A DNA stretch of 64,000 bases from an uncultured Clostridia bacterium (lineage in GTDB: Bacteria; Bacillota; Clostridia; TANB77; CAG-508): contig CALXLP010000003.1 in the NCBI GenBank assembly GCA_944389225.1, forward strand, positions 31,206-95,205. Reading direction: 5' to 3'. The notes beneath the pieces were generated by a model. That model did no database searches. It worked only from the letters and a program-made list of their open reading frames with translations, and had not been told where the DNA came from. Below are positions 37,276-47,101 of the stretch, in pieces (position 1 is the first letter of the stretch; each line of letters begins with the position of its first letter). A program made the position numbers and the translations under genes.

Positions 37276-38010
37276 GTGGAAGAAGAAATAGATAGAGATC
37301 AAAAAACAATTTTAATTGTTGATGATGAACAACCAATAAGGGAAATATTAGTATATAATTTGAAAAAAGAAGGATATAATGTCATTGAAGCAAGTGATGG
37401 TGTAACAGCATTAAATATTGCTTTAGAACAATACCCAGATTTAATTTTGCTAGATATTATGCTTCCAAAAATGGATGGGTTATCTGTATGTAAAAGAATA
37501 AAGAATTCATATAATGTACCAATTTTGATGCTAACAGCCAAAGATAGTGAAATTGATAAAATATTAGGATTAGAATTAGGAGCAGATGACTATATTACAA
37601 AACCATTTAGTGTTAGAGAATTGATAGCAAGAGTAAAAGCAAATCTAAGAAAAGTCGAAAATATGTCTATGGCAAGATTAGATAATGACAATTCAAAAAA
37701 GAAAGAAAATAAGATTGTTGTTAATGATTTAGAATTAGATTTAGACAAATTTGAGGTAAAAATCAGAGGAGAAGTTATTGATTTAACAGTAAGAGAATTT
37801 GAGGTTATTAAATTTTTAGCATCACAACCAGGACAAGTAGTCACGAGGGAGACATTATTAGAAAAAGTTTGGGGTTATGAATATTATGGTGATATTAGAA
37901 CAGTTGATGTTACAGTAAGAAGAATCAGAGAAAAAATTGAAAAAGATACATCTTCACCAAAAATATTAATAACAAAAAGAGGAGTCGGATATTATATAGC
38001 TTCTAAATAA
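37276..38010 (+). CDS. OmpR-family response regulator, WalR/YycF-like
   Basis: 'ILIVDDEQPIREIL', 'DLILLDIMLPKMDG' and 'MLTAKDSEIDKILGLELGADDYITKPFSVRELIARVKANLRK' closely parallel the WalR receiver. Winged-helix C-terminus 'IRTVDVTVRRIREKIE'. GTG 37276 after AAAGGCGGAG is preferred over the longer track ORF. Confidence 0.85.
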   Translation: MEEEIDRDQKTILIVDDEQPIREILVYNLKKEGYNVIEASDGVTALNIALEQYPDLILLDIMLPKMDGLSVCKRIKNSYNVPILMLTAKDSEIDKILGLELGADDYITKPFSVRELIARVKANLRKVENMSMARLDNDNSKKKENKIVVNDLELDLDKFEVKIRGEVIDLTVREFEVIKFLASQPGQVVTRETLLEKVWGYEYYGDIRTVDVTVRRIREKIEKDTSSPKILITKRGVGYYIASK

Positions 38011-38015
38011 GATTC

Positions 38016-38052
38016 AAGGAAAACTTGGAAATATCCATGTTTTCCTTTTTTG
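38016..38052 (+). terminator. Rho-independent terminator
   Basis: Stem AAGGAAAAC / GTTTTCCTT followed by T5. Confidence 0.8.
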
Positions 38053-38330
38053 TTGAATAGGAAAAATGGCTTTTTCCTATTCAACAAAAAAACAACGTTG
38101 CACAGAAAAATTGCTATGCAATTTTTCGTGTCGACAAATCTTTACGCTCCTTCGAGAACTTAAATACATGTAGTAAAATTAGAAAAGTAGAGAAAAGTTC
38201 TCGCAAAGCGAGATTTGTCCTTGAATAGGAAAAATTGAGTTTTTCCTATTCAAGAACGTCGCTTCGCTCTAACGATTGCACACAAATTTTACTAACGTAA
38301 AATTTGGCGCCGAACAATGACGCGGGCTTT
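38052..38330. repeat. Hairpin-dense intergenic block with a duplicated 15-bp-stem hairpin
   Basis: GTTGAATAGGAAAAA-TGGC-TTTTTCCTATTCAAC (38052-38085) and CTTGAATAGGAAAAA-TTGAG-TTTTTCCTATTCAAG (38220-38254) flank nested inverted repeats: GACAAATCT/AGATTTGTC, CGAGAACTT/AAGTTCTCG and CACAGAAAAATTGC/GCAATTTTTCGTG. Confidence 0.75.
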
Positions 38331-38450
38331 GAAATGTTATGAACAGAAAAAATGTTTAAGAAAGCCTGCTATTGTTCTGATTATGTTTTTTGAATAAAAT
38401 TTAGATGAAATGAAAGATACAAATAAAAATGCAAAAGGAAGGAATAAAAA

Positions 38451-39506
38451 ATGAATAGAACAGAAACAAGAAAAATTATGGTAGGAAATGTACAAATTGG
38501 TGGACAAGATAAAGTCGTTATTCAATCTATGTGTAATACAAAAACAAAAGATATAGAATCAACTGTAAAACAAATATTAGATTTGGAAAAAGCAGGATGT
38601 GAAATTATTAGAGTAGCAGCATTAGATATGGAAGATGCAAAAGCGATAAAAGAAATAAAAAAGCAAATTCATATTCCAATTGTTGCAGACATACATTTTG
38701 ATTATAAGATTGCATTAGAAGCTATAAAAGCAGGTGTTGATAAAGTTAGAATTAATCCAGGAAATATTGGAAGTGAAGAAAAAGTAAAAGCTGTTGTAGA
38801 TCAATGTAAGGAACACCATATTCCTATTCGAATAGGGGTAAATGCAGGCTCTTTAGAAAAAGATTTATTAGAACAATATGGAAAACCAACAGCAAAAGCG
38901 ATGGTAGAAAGTGCAAGAAGACATATAGAAATATTAGAAAAATTAGATTTTAAGGATTATTTAATTTCTTTAAAAGCATCTAATTTAGACTTATGTATAG
39001 AAAGCTATGAAGAAGCAGCAAAGGCTTTTGATTGTCCATTACATTTAGGAATTACAGAAAGTGGAACAGAATTTAGTGGAACTGTGAAATCTAGTATCGG
39101 ATTAGGATATATGTTAAGAAATGGAATAGGAGATACCATGAGGGTTTCTCTTTCAGATGATCCTGTAAAAGAAATTAAAGTAGCAAAAGAAATACTAAAG
39201 GATTGTAATTTGTATCATAAAGTACCAACATTAGTAGCTTGTCCTACTTGTGGAAGAACACAAATTGACTTAATTCCAATAGCGAAAGAAGTAGAAGAAT
39301 TTTTAAGTACAATAGAATCAGATATTACAGTGGCTGTTATGGGATGTGCAGTAAATGGACCTGGTGAAGCAAGAGAAGCAGATATTGGAATTGCAGGTGG
39401 TGTGAAAGAAGGTTTATTATTTAAAAAAGGTCAAATTATTAAAAAAGTACCACAAGAAAAAATTGTGGAAGTGTTAAAACAAGAAATTTTAGAGATGATA
39501 AAATAA
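38451..39506 (+). CDS. ispG: 4-hydroxy-3-methylbut-2-en-1-yl diphosphate synthase
   Basis: '[21 protein letters not shown]', 'RINPGNIG' and the C-terminal Cys ligands 'CPTCGR...GCAVNGPGE'. Confidence 0.9.
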   Translation: MNRTETRKIMVGNVQIGGQDKVVIQSMCNTKTKDIESTVKQILDLEKAGCEIIRVAALDMEDAKAIKEIKKQIHIPIVADIHFDYKIALEAIKAGVDKVRINPGNIGSEEKVKAVVDQCKEHHIPIRIGVNAGSLEKDLLEQYGKPTAKAMVESARRHIEILEKLDFKDYLISLKASNLDLCIESYEEAAKAFDCPLHLGITESGTEFSGTVKSSIGLGYMLRNGIGDTMRVSLSDDPVKEIKVAKEILKDCNLYHKVPTLVACPTCGRTQIDLIPIAKEVEEFLSTIESDITVAVMGCAVNGPGEAREADIGIAGGVKEGLLFKKGQIIKKVPQEKIVEVLKQEILEMIK

Positions 39507-39556
39507 GAAAAATCTTATATATGGTCAACGATAAAAGATGATTTTTTCTATACAAT
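39507..39556 (+). repeat. Conserved intergenic element, copy 2
   Basis: GAAAAATCTTATATATGGTCAACGATAAAAGATGATTTTTTCTATACAAT, 32 nt upstream of the ispH start. Confidence 0.7.
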
Positions 39557-39587
39557 ACTATATATAGTAGAATGGAGAGGGAAGAAT

Positions 39588-40448
39588 ATGGAATTAATAG
39601 TGGGAAAGACAGCTGGCTTTTGCTATGGAGTGAAAAGAGCTGTTGATGGTGCAAAAGAAGCGTTAAAACAAAATAAAATCTTATACGGATTAGGAGAAAT
39701 TGTGCATAATCAAGATGTAATAAAAGAATTAGAAAATCTAGGAATGCAATTTATTGAAAATATAGGAGAAGCAAACGGAAAGACGATTATTCGTGCACAT
39801 GGTATTCCAAAACAGGTTTATGAGGAAGCAAGACAAAACCAGATAGAATTAATAGATTATACTTGTCCAAAAGTATTAAAAGTTCATCAAATTGCAGAAG
39901 AATATGCTAATAAAGGATATTATATCTTCCTTTTAGGAAATAAAAAACATCCAGAAATTATAGGAACATTAAGCTATTGTGGAGAAAATAAATTTGTAAT
40001 AGAAAAAGAAGATGATACAATAAAAGCTTTAGAAACGTTTGAGAAGTCTGGAATGAAAAAAATATTAGTGATTTCACAAACAACATATAGTTTAGAAAAA
40101 TTTTATATCATAGAAGAAATCATTAAAAATGAAATACCAAGAGATGTAGAAGTAGTTGTAAAAAATACCATATGTCAAGCAACAGAAATTAGACAAAAAG
40201 AAACAGAGGAAATGGCAAAAAAAGTAGATGCAATGATTGTTATCGGAGGAAAAAATAGTTCTAATACTAAAAAATTATATGAAATTGCAAAACAATATTG
40301 TAAAACGGTTTTATTGATAGAAAATGAAACAGAATTAGTATTAGATAATATCAAATCTACGGATAAAGTTGGGATTATGGCAGGAGCTTCAACACCTAAA
40401 GAAAGTATAGAAAAGGTAATAGAAGAGTTAAAAAGAGTTTCATCTTAG
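39588..40448 (+). CDS. ispH: 4-hydroxy-3-methylbut-2-enyl diphosphate reductase
   Basis: 'GFCYGVKRAV', 'GEIVHN', 'CPKVLKVH' and 'TICQATEIRQ' motifs (three Cys ligands). Confidence 0.9.
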   Translation: MELIVGKTAGFCYGVKRAVDGAKEALKQNKILYGLGEIVHNQDVIKELENLGMQFIENIGEANGKTIIRAHGIPKQVYEEARQNQIELIDYTCPKVLKVHQIAEEYANKGYYIFLLGNKKHPEIIGTLSYCGENKFVIEKEDDTIKALETFEKSGMKKILVISQTTYSLEKFYIIEEIIKNEIPRDVEVVVKNTICQATEIRQKETEEMAKKVDAMIVIGGKNSSNTKKLYEIAKQYCKTVLLIENETELVLDNIKSTDKVGIMAGASTPKESIEKVIEELKRVSS

Positions 40449-40510
40449 ATTGAATTTAACGAAAGAATAGGATATTTGTCGAATTTTGCGATGAAAAATA
40501 GAAAAAATGG

Positions 40511-40539
40511 AAAAGAACTTGTTGACAAGTTCTTTTTTT
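40511..40539 (+). terminator. Rho-independent terminator
   Basis: Stem AAAAGAACTTG / CAAGTTCTTTT followed by a T7 run. Confidence 0.85.
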
Positions 40540-40742
40540 GACAGTATACTGGAAGAAATTATATAATTTTTATTCAATAGAAATTTCTATTATTTGTTAA
40601 ATATCAATTTATCTATATTTTTTATTAAGTTTGAATCTTTTATCAAGAAAGTTCCATAATTCATCAAAATTATTAATCAAATCCCGAATTTCGAATAAAA
40701 TATGAAAAGGAGGTTTATTTTTAGTGCACTAAAAACATATAT

Positions 40743-41372
40743 ATGAATCGAAAATTTGTTGCAAAAAGTAATTTTGTACTAAGGAGAGTTTTAAATACAG
40801 AAGAAAATGTGGATATATTAAAAGAATTTATAGAAGTAGTGTTAAATTTAGAAATTAAAGAAGCAAAAATTAATCCATATTTGGAAAAAATAAAAGATTA
40901 TTTACCAGCAGAAGAAAATTTTGGTATTGCAGATTTAAGAATTAAAACAACTGAAAATGAAGAAAGAAATGTGGGAATACAAATTATTGATGGAGAACAT
41001 GTTATAACAAAAATGTTATTGTATTATGCACAAATTCATGGAAATCAGTTAGAATATGATGAAGATAGAGAAATTACAAAGACAAATACTATCAATATAT
41101 TAGATTTTGTATTAAATAAAGATTTAGATTATCATAGTAAAATGGTCTTATCGAAAGAGAAAATGACCAATATTTTAGATGACTATTTCGAAATTCATAT
41201 TTTACAATTACCAAAATTTAGAATTGAAAACAGTAAAAATATGACATTAAAACAAGCATGGATAAGTTATTTGAAAGGAGAAAATATAGAAGAAACAATT
41301 AAGAAAAGTGAAAAGATTAAAAAATTAGATATATTATTAAGAAAGTATTGGAGGGAAGAAGTAATGGAATAA
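40743..41372 (+). CDS. PD-(D/E)XK nuclease-family transposase-like protein (Rpn/YhgA-like), short form
   Basis: The pattern 'SNFVLRRVL..EENVDILKEFIEVVL...IADLRIKTTENEERNVGIQIID...LLYYAQIH' resembles the Rpn/PDDEXK_2 layout. There is no SD directly upstream. Confidence 0.5.
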   Translation: MNRKFVAKSNFVLRRVLNTEENVDILKEFIEVVLNLEIKEAKINPYLEKIKDYLPAEENFGIADLRIKTTENEERNVGIQIIDGEHVITKMLLYYAQIHGNQLEYDEDREITKTNTINILDFVLNKDLDYHSKMVLSKEKMTNILDDYFEIHILQLPKFRIENSKNMTLKQAWISYLKGENIEETIKKSEKIKKLDILLRKYWREEVME

Positions 41373-41418
41373 AAAAGCATGCATAGAAATCTTTGATTTC
41401 ATTATGCATGCTTTTTTT
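41371..41418. terminator. Bidirectional terminator built from a GCATGCAT..GAAATC hairpin element
   Basis: AAAAAAGCATGCATAGAAATCTTTGATTTCATTATGCATGCTTTTTTT. Contains a 22-nt exact inverted match to 26358-26379. Confidence 0.8.
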
Positions 41419-41429
41419 ATATGTATATA

Positions 41430-43829
41430 TTAATGAGCATCTGTTAAAGTTGGTTTTAGTGTTACATTGATAATTGTTCCTTCTTGTACAAGTTCACCAG
41501 CTGCATAGTCTTGTGTTGTAACAATTCCTGAACCAGTAACACTAATATTTAAGTTTTTCGATTTTAAAGCATTGGTTGCTTGTGATAAATTCATATTAGA
41601 TAAATCAGGAACTTCAACAGAGGTAGCAACAGCATCACCTTCACCATATAACATGATAATAGAATTAGCAGCCAACTTAGCACCTGGTTTTGGATTTTGA
41701 TCTGCCACTAATGTTGCATTTTCATCTCCAGAAGAAACAATTTTACAATCAAATCCAGCATCAGTAAGTACTTTTTTAGCTTCTGTAAGTGTTTTATTTC
41801 TAACATCAGGAACAGTAATTAAATTTTCAGCACTATTATTTTCTTCTGTGGTATCTGAAGGAACACCTAAATATGGTAATATTTCAGATAACATTTGTGA
41901 AACAACAGGAGCAGCAACAGAACCTCCTTGATAACCATATTGTTTGTTTTGAGGATCATATAAAGTAAGTAATATAACAACTTGTGTATCTTCAATAGGA
42001 GAGATAGCAACAAATGATGAAACATAACCATCATCTTTATTTGCTTCTGTAGGTTCTGAAGTTCCAGATTTTCCTCCTATAGAATATCCAGAAACTTGAA
42101 CATTTTTACCAGTTCCTTCTAAAACAACAGATTCCATCATAGATTTTACTTTTTCGGCAGTTGATGGAGATATGACTTGTCTAACTTCTGTAGGTTGTGT
42201 TTCAGTCACAGCACCAGTATCTGTATTCGTAATAGATTTGATAATATTTGGTTTCATTAAAACCCCATCATTTGCTACACATGAAATAGCGGTTATCATT
42301 TGAAGAGGTGTTATTTGAAATCTTTGACCAAATGCATATGTGGCAAGTTCAACAGGACCTATATCATCCAAATCATGGAAAATACTGGTTTGTTCTCCAT
42401 ATAATCCGGAATTGGTTGTTTCAAATAATCCGAAAGCTTGATAATATTTATATAAAGTAGAGGCCCCAATTCTTTGTGCTAATTGGATGAAAGCAGGGTT
42501 ACAAGAATTGCAAAGTGCTTTTCTTAATGTTTGAGAACCATGAGGAGCATACCATTTCCAACATTTAATTTCTCGATCTTCAACAATTTGAGAGCCTGAA
42601 CAGTAAAAATCACCAGCTTTATCTGTTGTTGTAATTCCTTCTTCTAAAGCAACACTAGCAGTAATAATTTTAAAGGTAGAACCTGGTTCATAACTTTCTG
42701 CAACAGATTTGTTAGACCACATTTTGTATAAAGCTTCACTTTTTTCTTCAGTAGATAAAGAATCATAAGTTTTCGCTAAAGTAGAATTTGGTGTATATGG
42801 CGAATTTAAGTCATAATCTGGATAACAAGCCATTCCTAAAATATCTCCAGTTTGTGGATTCATAACAATGACATTTCCACCATCCTTACATTCATATTTT
42901 TCAACAGCTTGTTCTAAGTATTTTTCAATAGTAGATTGTATTTTTAAATCAATTGTTAATGTGATATCATTTCCATTTTCAGCAGATATATAGGTTTCTT
43001 CTGCATTTGGAATTTCCTTTTGACTACTATCTTTGGCGCTAACAATTTTTCCAGGAGTACCAGTTAAAACAGAATCCCATTTAGATTCAATTCCACTTAA
43101 ACCTTGATTGTCATCACCACAAAAACCAATGACACTAGATGCTAAATCTCCATAAGGATAGTATCTTTTTGTATCTTCATCTATATTAATACCAACAGAT
43201 ATATCATTTTCATCCATCCAAGCTTCCAATTCATCTACTTTTTCTTGTTCTACTTTTTTGATAATGGTTTCTACTTGAGAATTACTATTTACTTTTTCGA
43301 ATGTTTCGTTATAATCTAGTCCAAATATATCAGAAAGACCTTTAGCAACAGTTTCTTTTAAAGTTTTTGTTTCTTCGTCGGTATCTCCAACAATTCTAGT
43401 AGGATTAATGGTTATGGTATCTACTTGTGCACTGATAGCTAAAGCATTTCCGGTAGAATCATAGATATTTCCTCTTTTAGGACTAAGAATTTGGTTAATG
43501 GCTTGTTGCTGATAAGCCATTTCTGTTAGATAGGCACCATCAACAAATTGTAGATAGCCAATTCTTCCTAAAAGTAAGATAAAAATAATAAGAATCACAA
43601 TAAAAGTATTACGTAATTTTGGTGTATAAATTAAATTTTTAGAATCAAATTTACGATTTAAACTAATGACGTTTGAATCTTTTTCTTTCTTTATTTTTAC
43701 AGTATTTTTATCTTTTTTCTTATCTGTCTTTATTGCTCTTTTTTTATAGGAATCTTTATGTGTATTTTTATTTTTTACATCTTTCTTATTTGTATCCATA
43801 GCTTCGCCTCTTTTGTTAAAAATTTGCAA
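41430..43829 (-). CDS. Class B penicillin-binding protein (SpoVD/PBP2B-like) with tandem C-terminal PASTA domains
   Basis: 799 aa. Motifs 'STFK', 'SCN' and 'KSGT'. C-terminal PASTA-like units 'ITVPDVRNKTLTEAKKVL' and 'VEVPDLSNMNLSQATNAL'. Paralogue of 17899-19890. Confidence 0.9.
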   Translation of the reverse strand: MQIFNKRGEAMDTNKKDVKNKNTHKDSYKKRAIKTDKKKDKNTVKIKKEKDSNVISLNRKFDSKNLIYTPKLRNTFIVILIIFILLLGRIGYLQFVDGAYLTEMAYQQQAINQILSPKRGNIYDSTGNALAISAQVDTITINPTRIVGDTDEETKTLKETVAKGLSDIFGLDYNETFEKVNSNSQVETIIKKVEQEKVDELEAWMDENDISVGINIDEDTKRYYPYGDLASSVIGFCGDDNQGLSGIESKWDSVLTGTPGKIVSAKDSSQKEIPNAEETYISAENGNDITLTIDLKIQSTIEKYLEQAVEKYECKDGGNVIVMNPQTGDILGMACYPDYDLNSPYTPNSTLAKTYDSLSTEEKSEALYKMWSNKSVAESYEPGSTFKIITASVALEEGITTTDKAGDFYCSGSQIVEDREIKCWKWYAPHGSQTLRKALCNSCNPAFIQLAQRIGASTLYKYYQAFGLFETTNSGLYGEQTSIFHDLDDIGPVELATYAFGQRFQITPLQMITAISCVANDGVLMKPNIIKSITNTDTGAVTETQPTEVRQVISPSTAEKVKSMMESVVLEGTGKNVQVSGYSIGGKSGTSEPTEANKDDGYVSSFVAISPIEDTQVVILLTLYDPQNKQYGYQGGSVAAPVVSQMLSEILPYLGVPSDTTEENNSAENLITVPDVRNKTLTEAKKVLTDAGFDCKIVSSGDENATLVADQNPKPGAKLAANSIIMLYGEGDAVATSVEVPDLSNMNLSQATNALKSKNLNISVTGSGIVTTQDYAAGELVQEGTIINVTLKPTLTDAH

Positions 43830-44039
43830 TTCTATTGTATCTTAAAAATAGATAAAAAGCAACAAATACACAGAAAATTTACAATAGATTACGATTCATC
43901 ATAAAGATATTTTTAAAATGAATCATAATAATGAATGTCGAATTGTAAAGGAAAATATCATAATAAATTATTTGAATTGTTGAAAAAGATAGAGTTTTAC
44001 AATATAATATATATGTAAAAAAAGAAAGGAAATAGAAAG

Positions 44040-44936
44040 ATGAGTCATATTTTAGAAGATACCCAATTTATTATGAAAAAATATAAAATTAGAGCGAATA
44101 AAGCATTGGGACAAAATTTTTTAATTAATCAAAAGGTAGTAGATAAAATTGTAGAAAGTAGTAATATAACAAAAGAAGACTTGGTTATTGAAATTGGGCC
44201 AGGTTTAGGAACATTAACAAAAGAATTATTAGAAAAAGCAGGAAAAGTTATTTGTATCGAATTAGATAAAAAGATGATAAAGATATTAACAGACAGATTT
44301 TCTTTATATGAAAATTTTGAATTGATTCATGGAGATGTATTGAAAGTTAGATTAAATAAAATCATAAAAGAAGAGAAAGAAAAAAATGGTTTTCAATCTG
44401 CTAAAATCGTAGCAAATTTACCATATTATATAACCACACCAATTATTATGAAATTATTGGAAGATCGATTAGATTTAGAAAGTATTACAGTTATGATACA
44501 AAAAGAAGTTGCAGATAGATTAATTGCAATTCCAGGAGAGAAAGAAACAGGCGCTATTACATATTCTGTATATTATTATGCGACAGCTGAAGGTATCATG
44601 GAAGTACCAAATGATTCGTTTATACCAGAACCAGAAGTAACTTCAAAAGTAATTAAGCTAACTTTAAGAAAAGAGCCACCAGTAGAAGTAAAAAGTAGAG
44701 GGGTTATGTTTAAAATTATCAAAAGTGCTTTTATGCAAAGAAGAAAAACATTGTTAAATGCATTAACAAATACAAAAGTATTTATGTCTAAAGAAGAAGG
44801 ATTGAGAATCTTAAAAGAGTTACAGTTAGATGAAAATGTAAGAGCTGAAAAATTAACACTAGAAGATTTTGCTGAAATAACAAACAAAATATTAGTGGAT
44901 GATGGAGAGGAGGAGAAAAGTATTAAGAAAAAATAA
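44040..44936 (+). CDS. rsmA: 16S rRNA (adenine1518/1519-N6)-dimethyltransferase
   Basis: 'LGQNFLINQKVVDKIV', 'VIEIGPGLGTLT' and 'VANLPYYITTPI' motifs. Confidence 0.9.
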   Translation: MSHILEDTQFIMKKYKIRANKALGQNFLINQKVVDKIVESSNITKEDLVIEIGPGLGTLTKELLEKAGKVICIELDKKMIKILTDRFSLYENFELIHGDVLKVRLNKIIKEEKEKNGFQSAKIVANLPYYITTPIIMKLLEDRLDLESITVMIQKEVADRLIAIPGEKETGAITYSVYYYATAEGIMEVPNDSFIPEPEVTSKVIKLTLRKEPPVEVKSRGVMFKIIKSAFMQRRKTLLNALTNTKVFMSKEEGLRILKELQLDENVRAEKLTLEDFAEITNKILVDDGEEEKSIKKK

Positions 44937-44958
44937 GAAAATAATATATGGAGGAAAT

Positions 44959-45474
44959 ATGGAAAAAAGAGATTTATTAGATAAGAATAGAAAACCAATC
45001 GGAGAAACAACAACAGGAGAAGGAAATGTAGAAGAAGGAAAATATATTCAAATTGTTATTATTTGTTTTGAAAATGATAACCATGAGTTTTTAATCCAAA
45101 AACGAGCTGAAAAGAAAAATGGAAAATGGGCATTAACAGGTGGACATGTTGTTTCAGGAGAAGATAGTGTAACAGCAATCATAAGAGAAACACAAGAAGA
45201 ATTAGGGTTAAAATTAACAGAAAATGAACTGGAATGGGTATTTTCCAAAAGAGCATATGATTGTTTTGTAGATATGTATTATGTAAGAAGAAATATGGAA
45301 GTATCTATATTAAATCTGGAAAAAGAAGAAGTAGAAAAGGTTGAATGGGCAAGCTTGGAAAAAATAAAAGAATTGAGACAAAAAGGTATATTTTTAGAAT
45401 GTCATTATGATTGTTTAAGAGAATGTATGTATTTTTTAGAAAAAATAGAAGAAGAGGAGAAGAAAAATGTATAA
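44959..45474 (+). CDS. NUDIX hydrolase
   Basis: Nudix box 'GGHVVSGEDSVTAIIRETQEELGL'. ATG 44959 sits after GGAGGAAA; the track ORF starts earlier. Confidence 0.8.
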   Translation: MEKRDLLDKNRKPIGETTTGEGNVEEGKYIQIVIICFENDNHEFLIQKRAEKKNGKWALTGGHVVSGEDSVTAIIRETQEELGLKLTENELEWVFSKRAYDCFVDMYYVRRNMEVSILNLEKEEVEKVEWASLEKIKELRQKGIFLECHYDCLRECMYFLEKIEEEEKKNV

Positions 45475-46288
45475 ATTAGTAGCTATAGATTTTGATGGAA
45501 CATTGGCAACAGATGAAAAGGAATTAACAAAGAAAACAATTGAAGTAATAAAAGAGGCATCAAAAAAAGGTGTCAAAATTATGATTTCAAGTGGAAGGTC
45601 ATTTTATCGATTAGAAAGATTTATAGATGCGTTAGATTTAAGGAAAGAAAATCAATGTACAATTTGTCTTAATGGGGGAATGATTGTAGAAAATACAACA
45701 AAAGAATTGTTATATTCGAAAAATTTAGATACTGAAGAAGTAGAAGAATTAATTCAATTGGGAAAGGCTTTAAAATTACCAATTATGATATATACAAAAG
45801 ATACCCAGTATGTAGAAACGATACCAGAAGTTGTACGAAAAAATACAAAAAATCTAAAGGGAATGCATTTAAAAGTAGTAAATTTTAATCAATTAAATTT
45901 TAACAAACCACAAAATTATATTTATAAAGTTTGCTTTATAGATAAACCGGAAAAAATTATAGAAAAAAGAGAACAAATTTCCAAGGAAATACTAAAAAAA
46001 TACGAGATAACCAGTAGTGTTCCAGAATATTTAGAAATTGTAAAAAAAGGAATCAAAAAATCAGAAGCGATTAAAGTGGTTATGGAAAAATATGATATCA
46101 AAAAAGAAGAAGTTATGGCGATAGGTGATGGAGAAAATGATATAGAAATGTTAGATTTTGCAGGATTAGGAATTGCAATGGAAAATGCAAGTGACTTCGT
46201 AAAAGAATTTGCAAATGATGTTACAACTTCTAATAATCATGATGGTGTTGCAAATGCCATTGAAAAATATATATTAAGGGGAGAATAA
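45467..46288 (+). CDS. HAD-superfamily hydrolase, Cof-type (subfamily IIB)
   Basis: 'LVAIDFDGTL' (DxD), 'ISSGR' and 'GDGENDIEML' motifs. Confidence 0.85.
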   Translation: MYKLVAIDFDGTLATDEKELTKKTIEVIKEASKKGVKIMISSGRSFYRLERFIDALDLRKENQCTICLNGGMIVENTTKELLYSKNLDTEEVEELIQLGKALKLPIMIYTKDTQYVETIPEVVRKNTKNLKGMHLKVVNFNQLNFNKPQNYIYKVCFIDKPEKIIEKREQISKEILKKYEITSSVPEYLEIVKKGIKKSEAIKVVMEKYDIKKEEVMAIGDGENDIEMLDFAGLGIAMENASDFVKEFANDVTTSNNHDGVANAIEKYILRGE

Positions 46289-46289
46289 A

Positions 46290-46682
46290 ATGGATAAAGA
46301 TTTTCAGATATTATTAGAAGAAGCCAAAAAGATAGCGAAAAAAAGAATACTAAATGAATATGCATCTTGTGGTCATTGTGGTTGTGCATTAATGACAGAA
46401 AAAGGTAATATTTATACAGGTATTTCAACTCGTACTAAGTGTAATCTTGGAAAATGTGCAGAGTATGCAGCAATTGCAGAAATGTTAAAACATAATGAAA
46501 GTGAAATTAAAAAGCTAGTTTCTTATTCAGCAAAAGATGTTATATATCCACCTTGTGGAAGTTGTAGAGAATTAATTCGTATGGTGAATACTAAAAATTT
46601 AGAGACTGAAATTATGGTAAGTGAAAATAAAGTGTGCAAAATAAAAGAATTGCTACCAGAAATGTTTATAAGTAAACACTAA
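46290..46682 (+). CDS. Cytidine/deoxycytidylate deaminase-fold protein (cytidine or blasticidin-S deaminase-like)
   Basis: Zinc motifs 'CAEYAAI' (C/HAE) and 'PCGSCRELI' (PCxxC). 130 aa. Confidence 0.75.
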   Translation: MDKDFQILLEEAKKIAKKRILNEYASCGHCGCALMTEKGNIYTGISTRTKCNLGKCAEYAAIAEMLKHNESEIKKLVSYSAKDVIYPPCGSCRELIRMVNTKNLETEIMVSENKVCKIKELLPEMFISKH

Positions 46683-46706
46683 AATTTTCTGAAAGGAATG
46701 ATAAAG

Positions 46707-47087
46707 ATGAAAATACAATTAGATCATGTGTATTTTTTGGTAGAAGATATGGAAAGAGCAGTTCATTTTTATGAAACATTTTTAGATACAAAAGTAACTC
46801 ACAGAGAAGGAGATAGATGGGCTGATTTTGAAATAGAAGGACAAGATGGTATGTATTTTGGTTTGCTAAATAAAAAAGCAATCGATGAAAAGATAGTAGT
46901 AGGAAATAATGCTGTGCTAGGAATTTATACAGAAGATATCCAAAAAGCATTTGAAAAAGCAAAGAGTTTAGGTGCTACAATTTTATATGAACCAGATGAT
47001 GTGCAAGATAGCCCATATAAATATGTTTGCTTTGGAATATTAGATTTAGATGGGAATATGATAGAAGTGGCAAATTATGAGAGATAA
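46707..47087 (+). CDS. VOC/glyoxalase-family protein
   Basis: 'LDHVYFLVEDMERAVHFYE' and a C-terminal 'DGNMIEV' beta-alpha-beta-beta-beta pattern. An alternative start is ATG 46698. Confidence 0.7.
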   Translation: MKIQLDHVYFLVEDMERAVHFYETFLDTKVTHREGDRWADFEIEGQDGMYFGLLNKKAIDEKIVVGNNAVLGIYTEDIQKAFEKAKSLGATILYEPDDVQDSPYKYVCFGILDLDGNMIEVANYER

Positions 47088-47101
47088 AATTGGAGGAAAA
47101 T

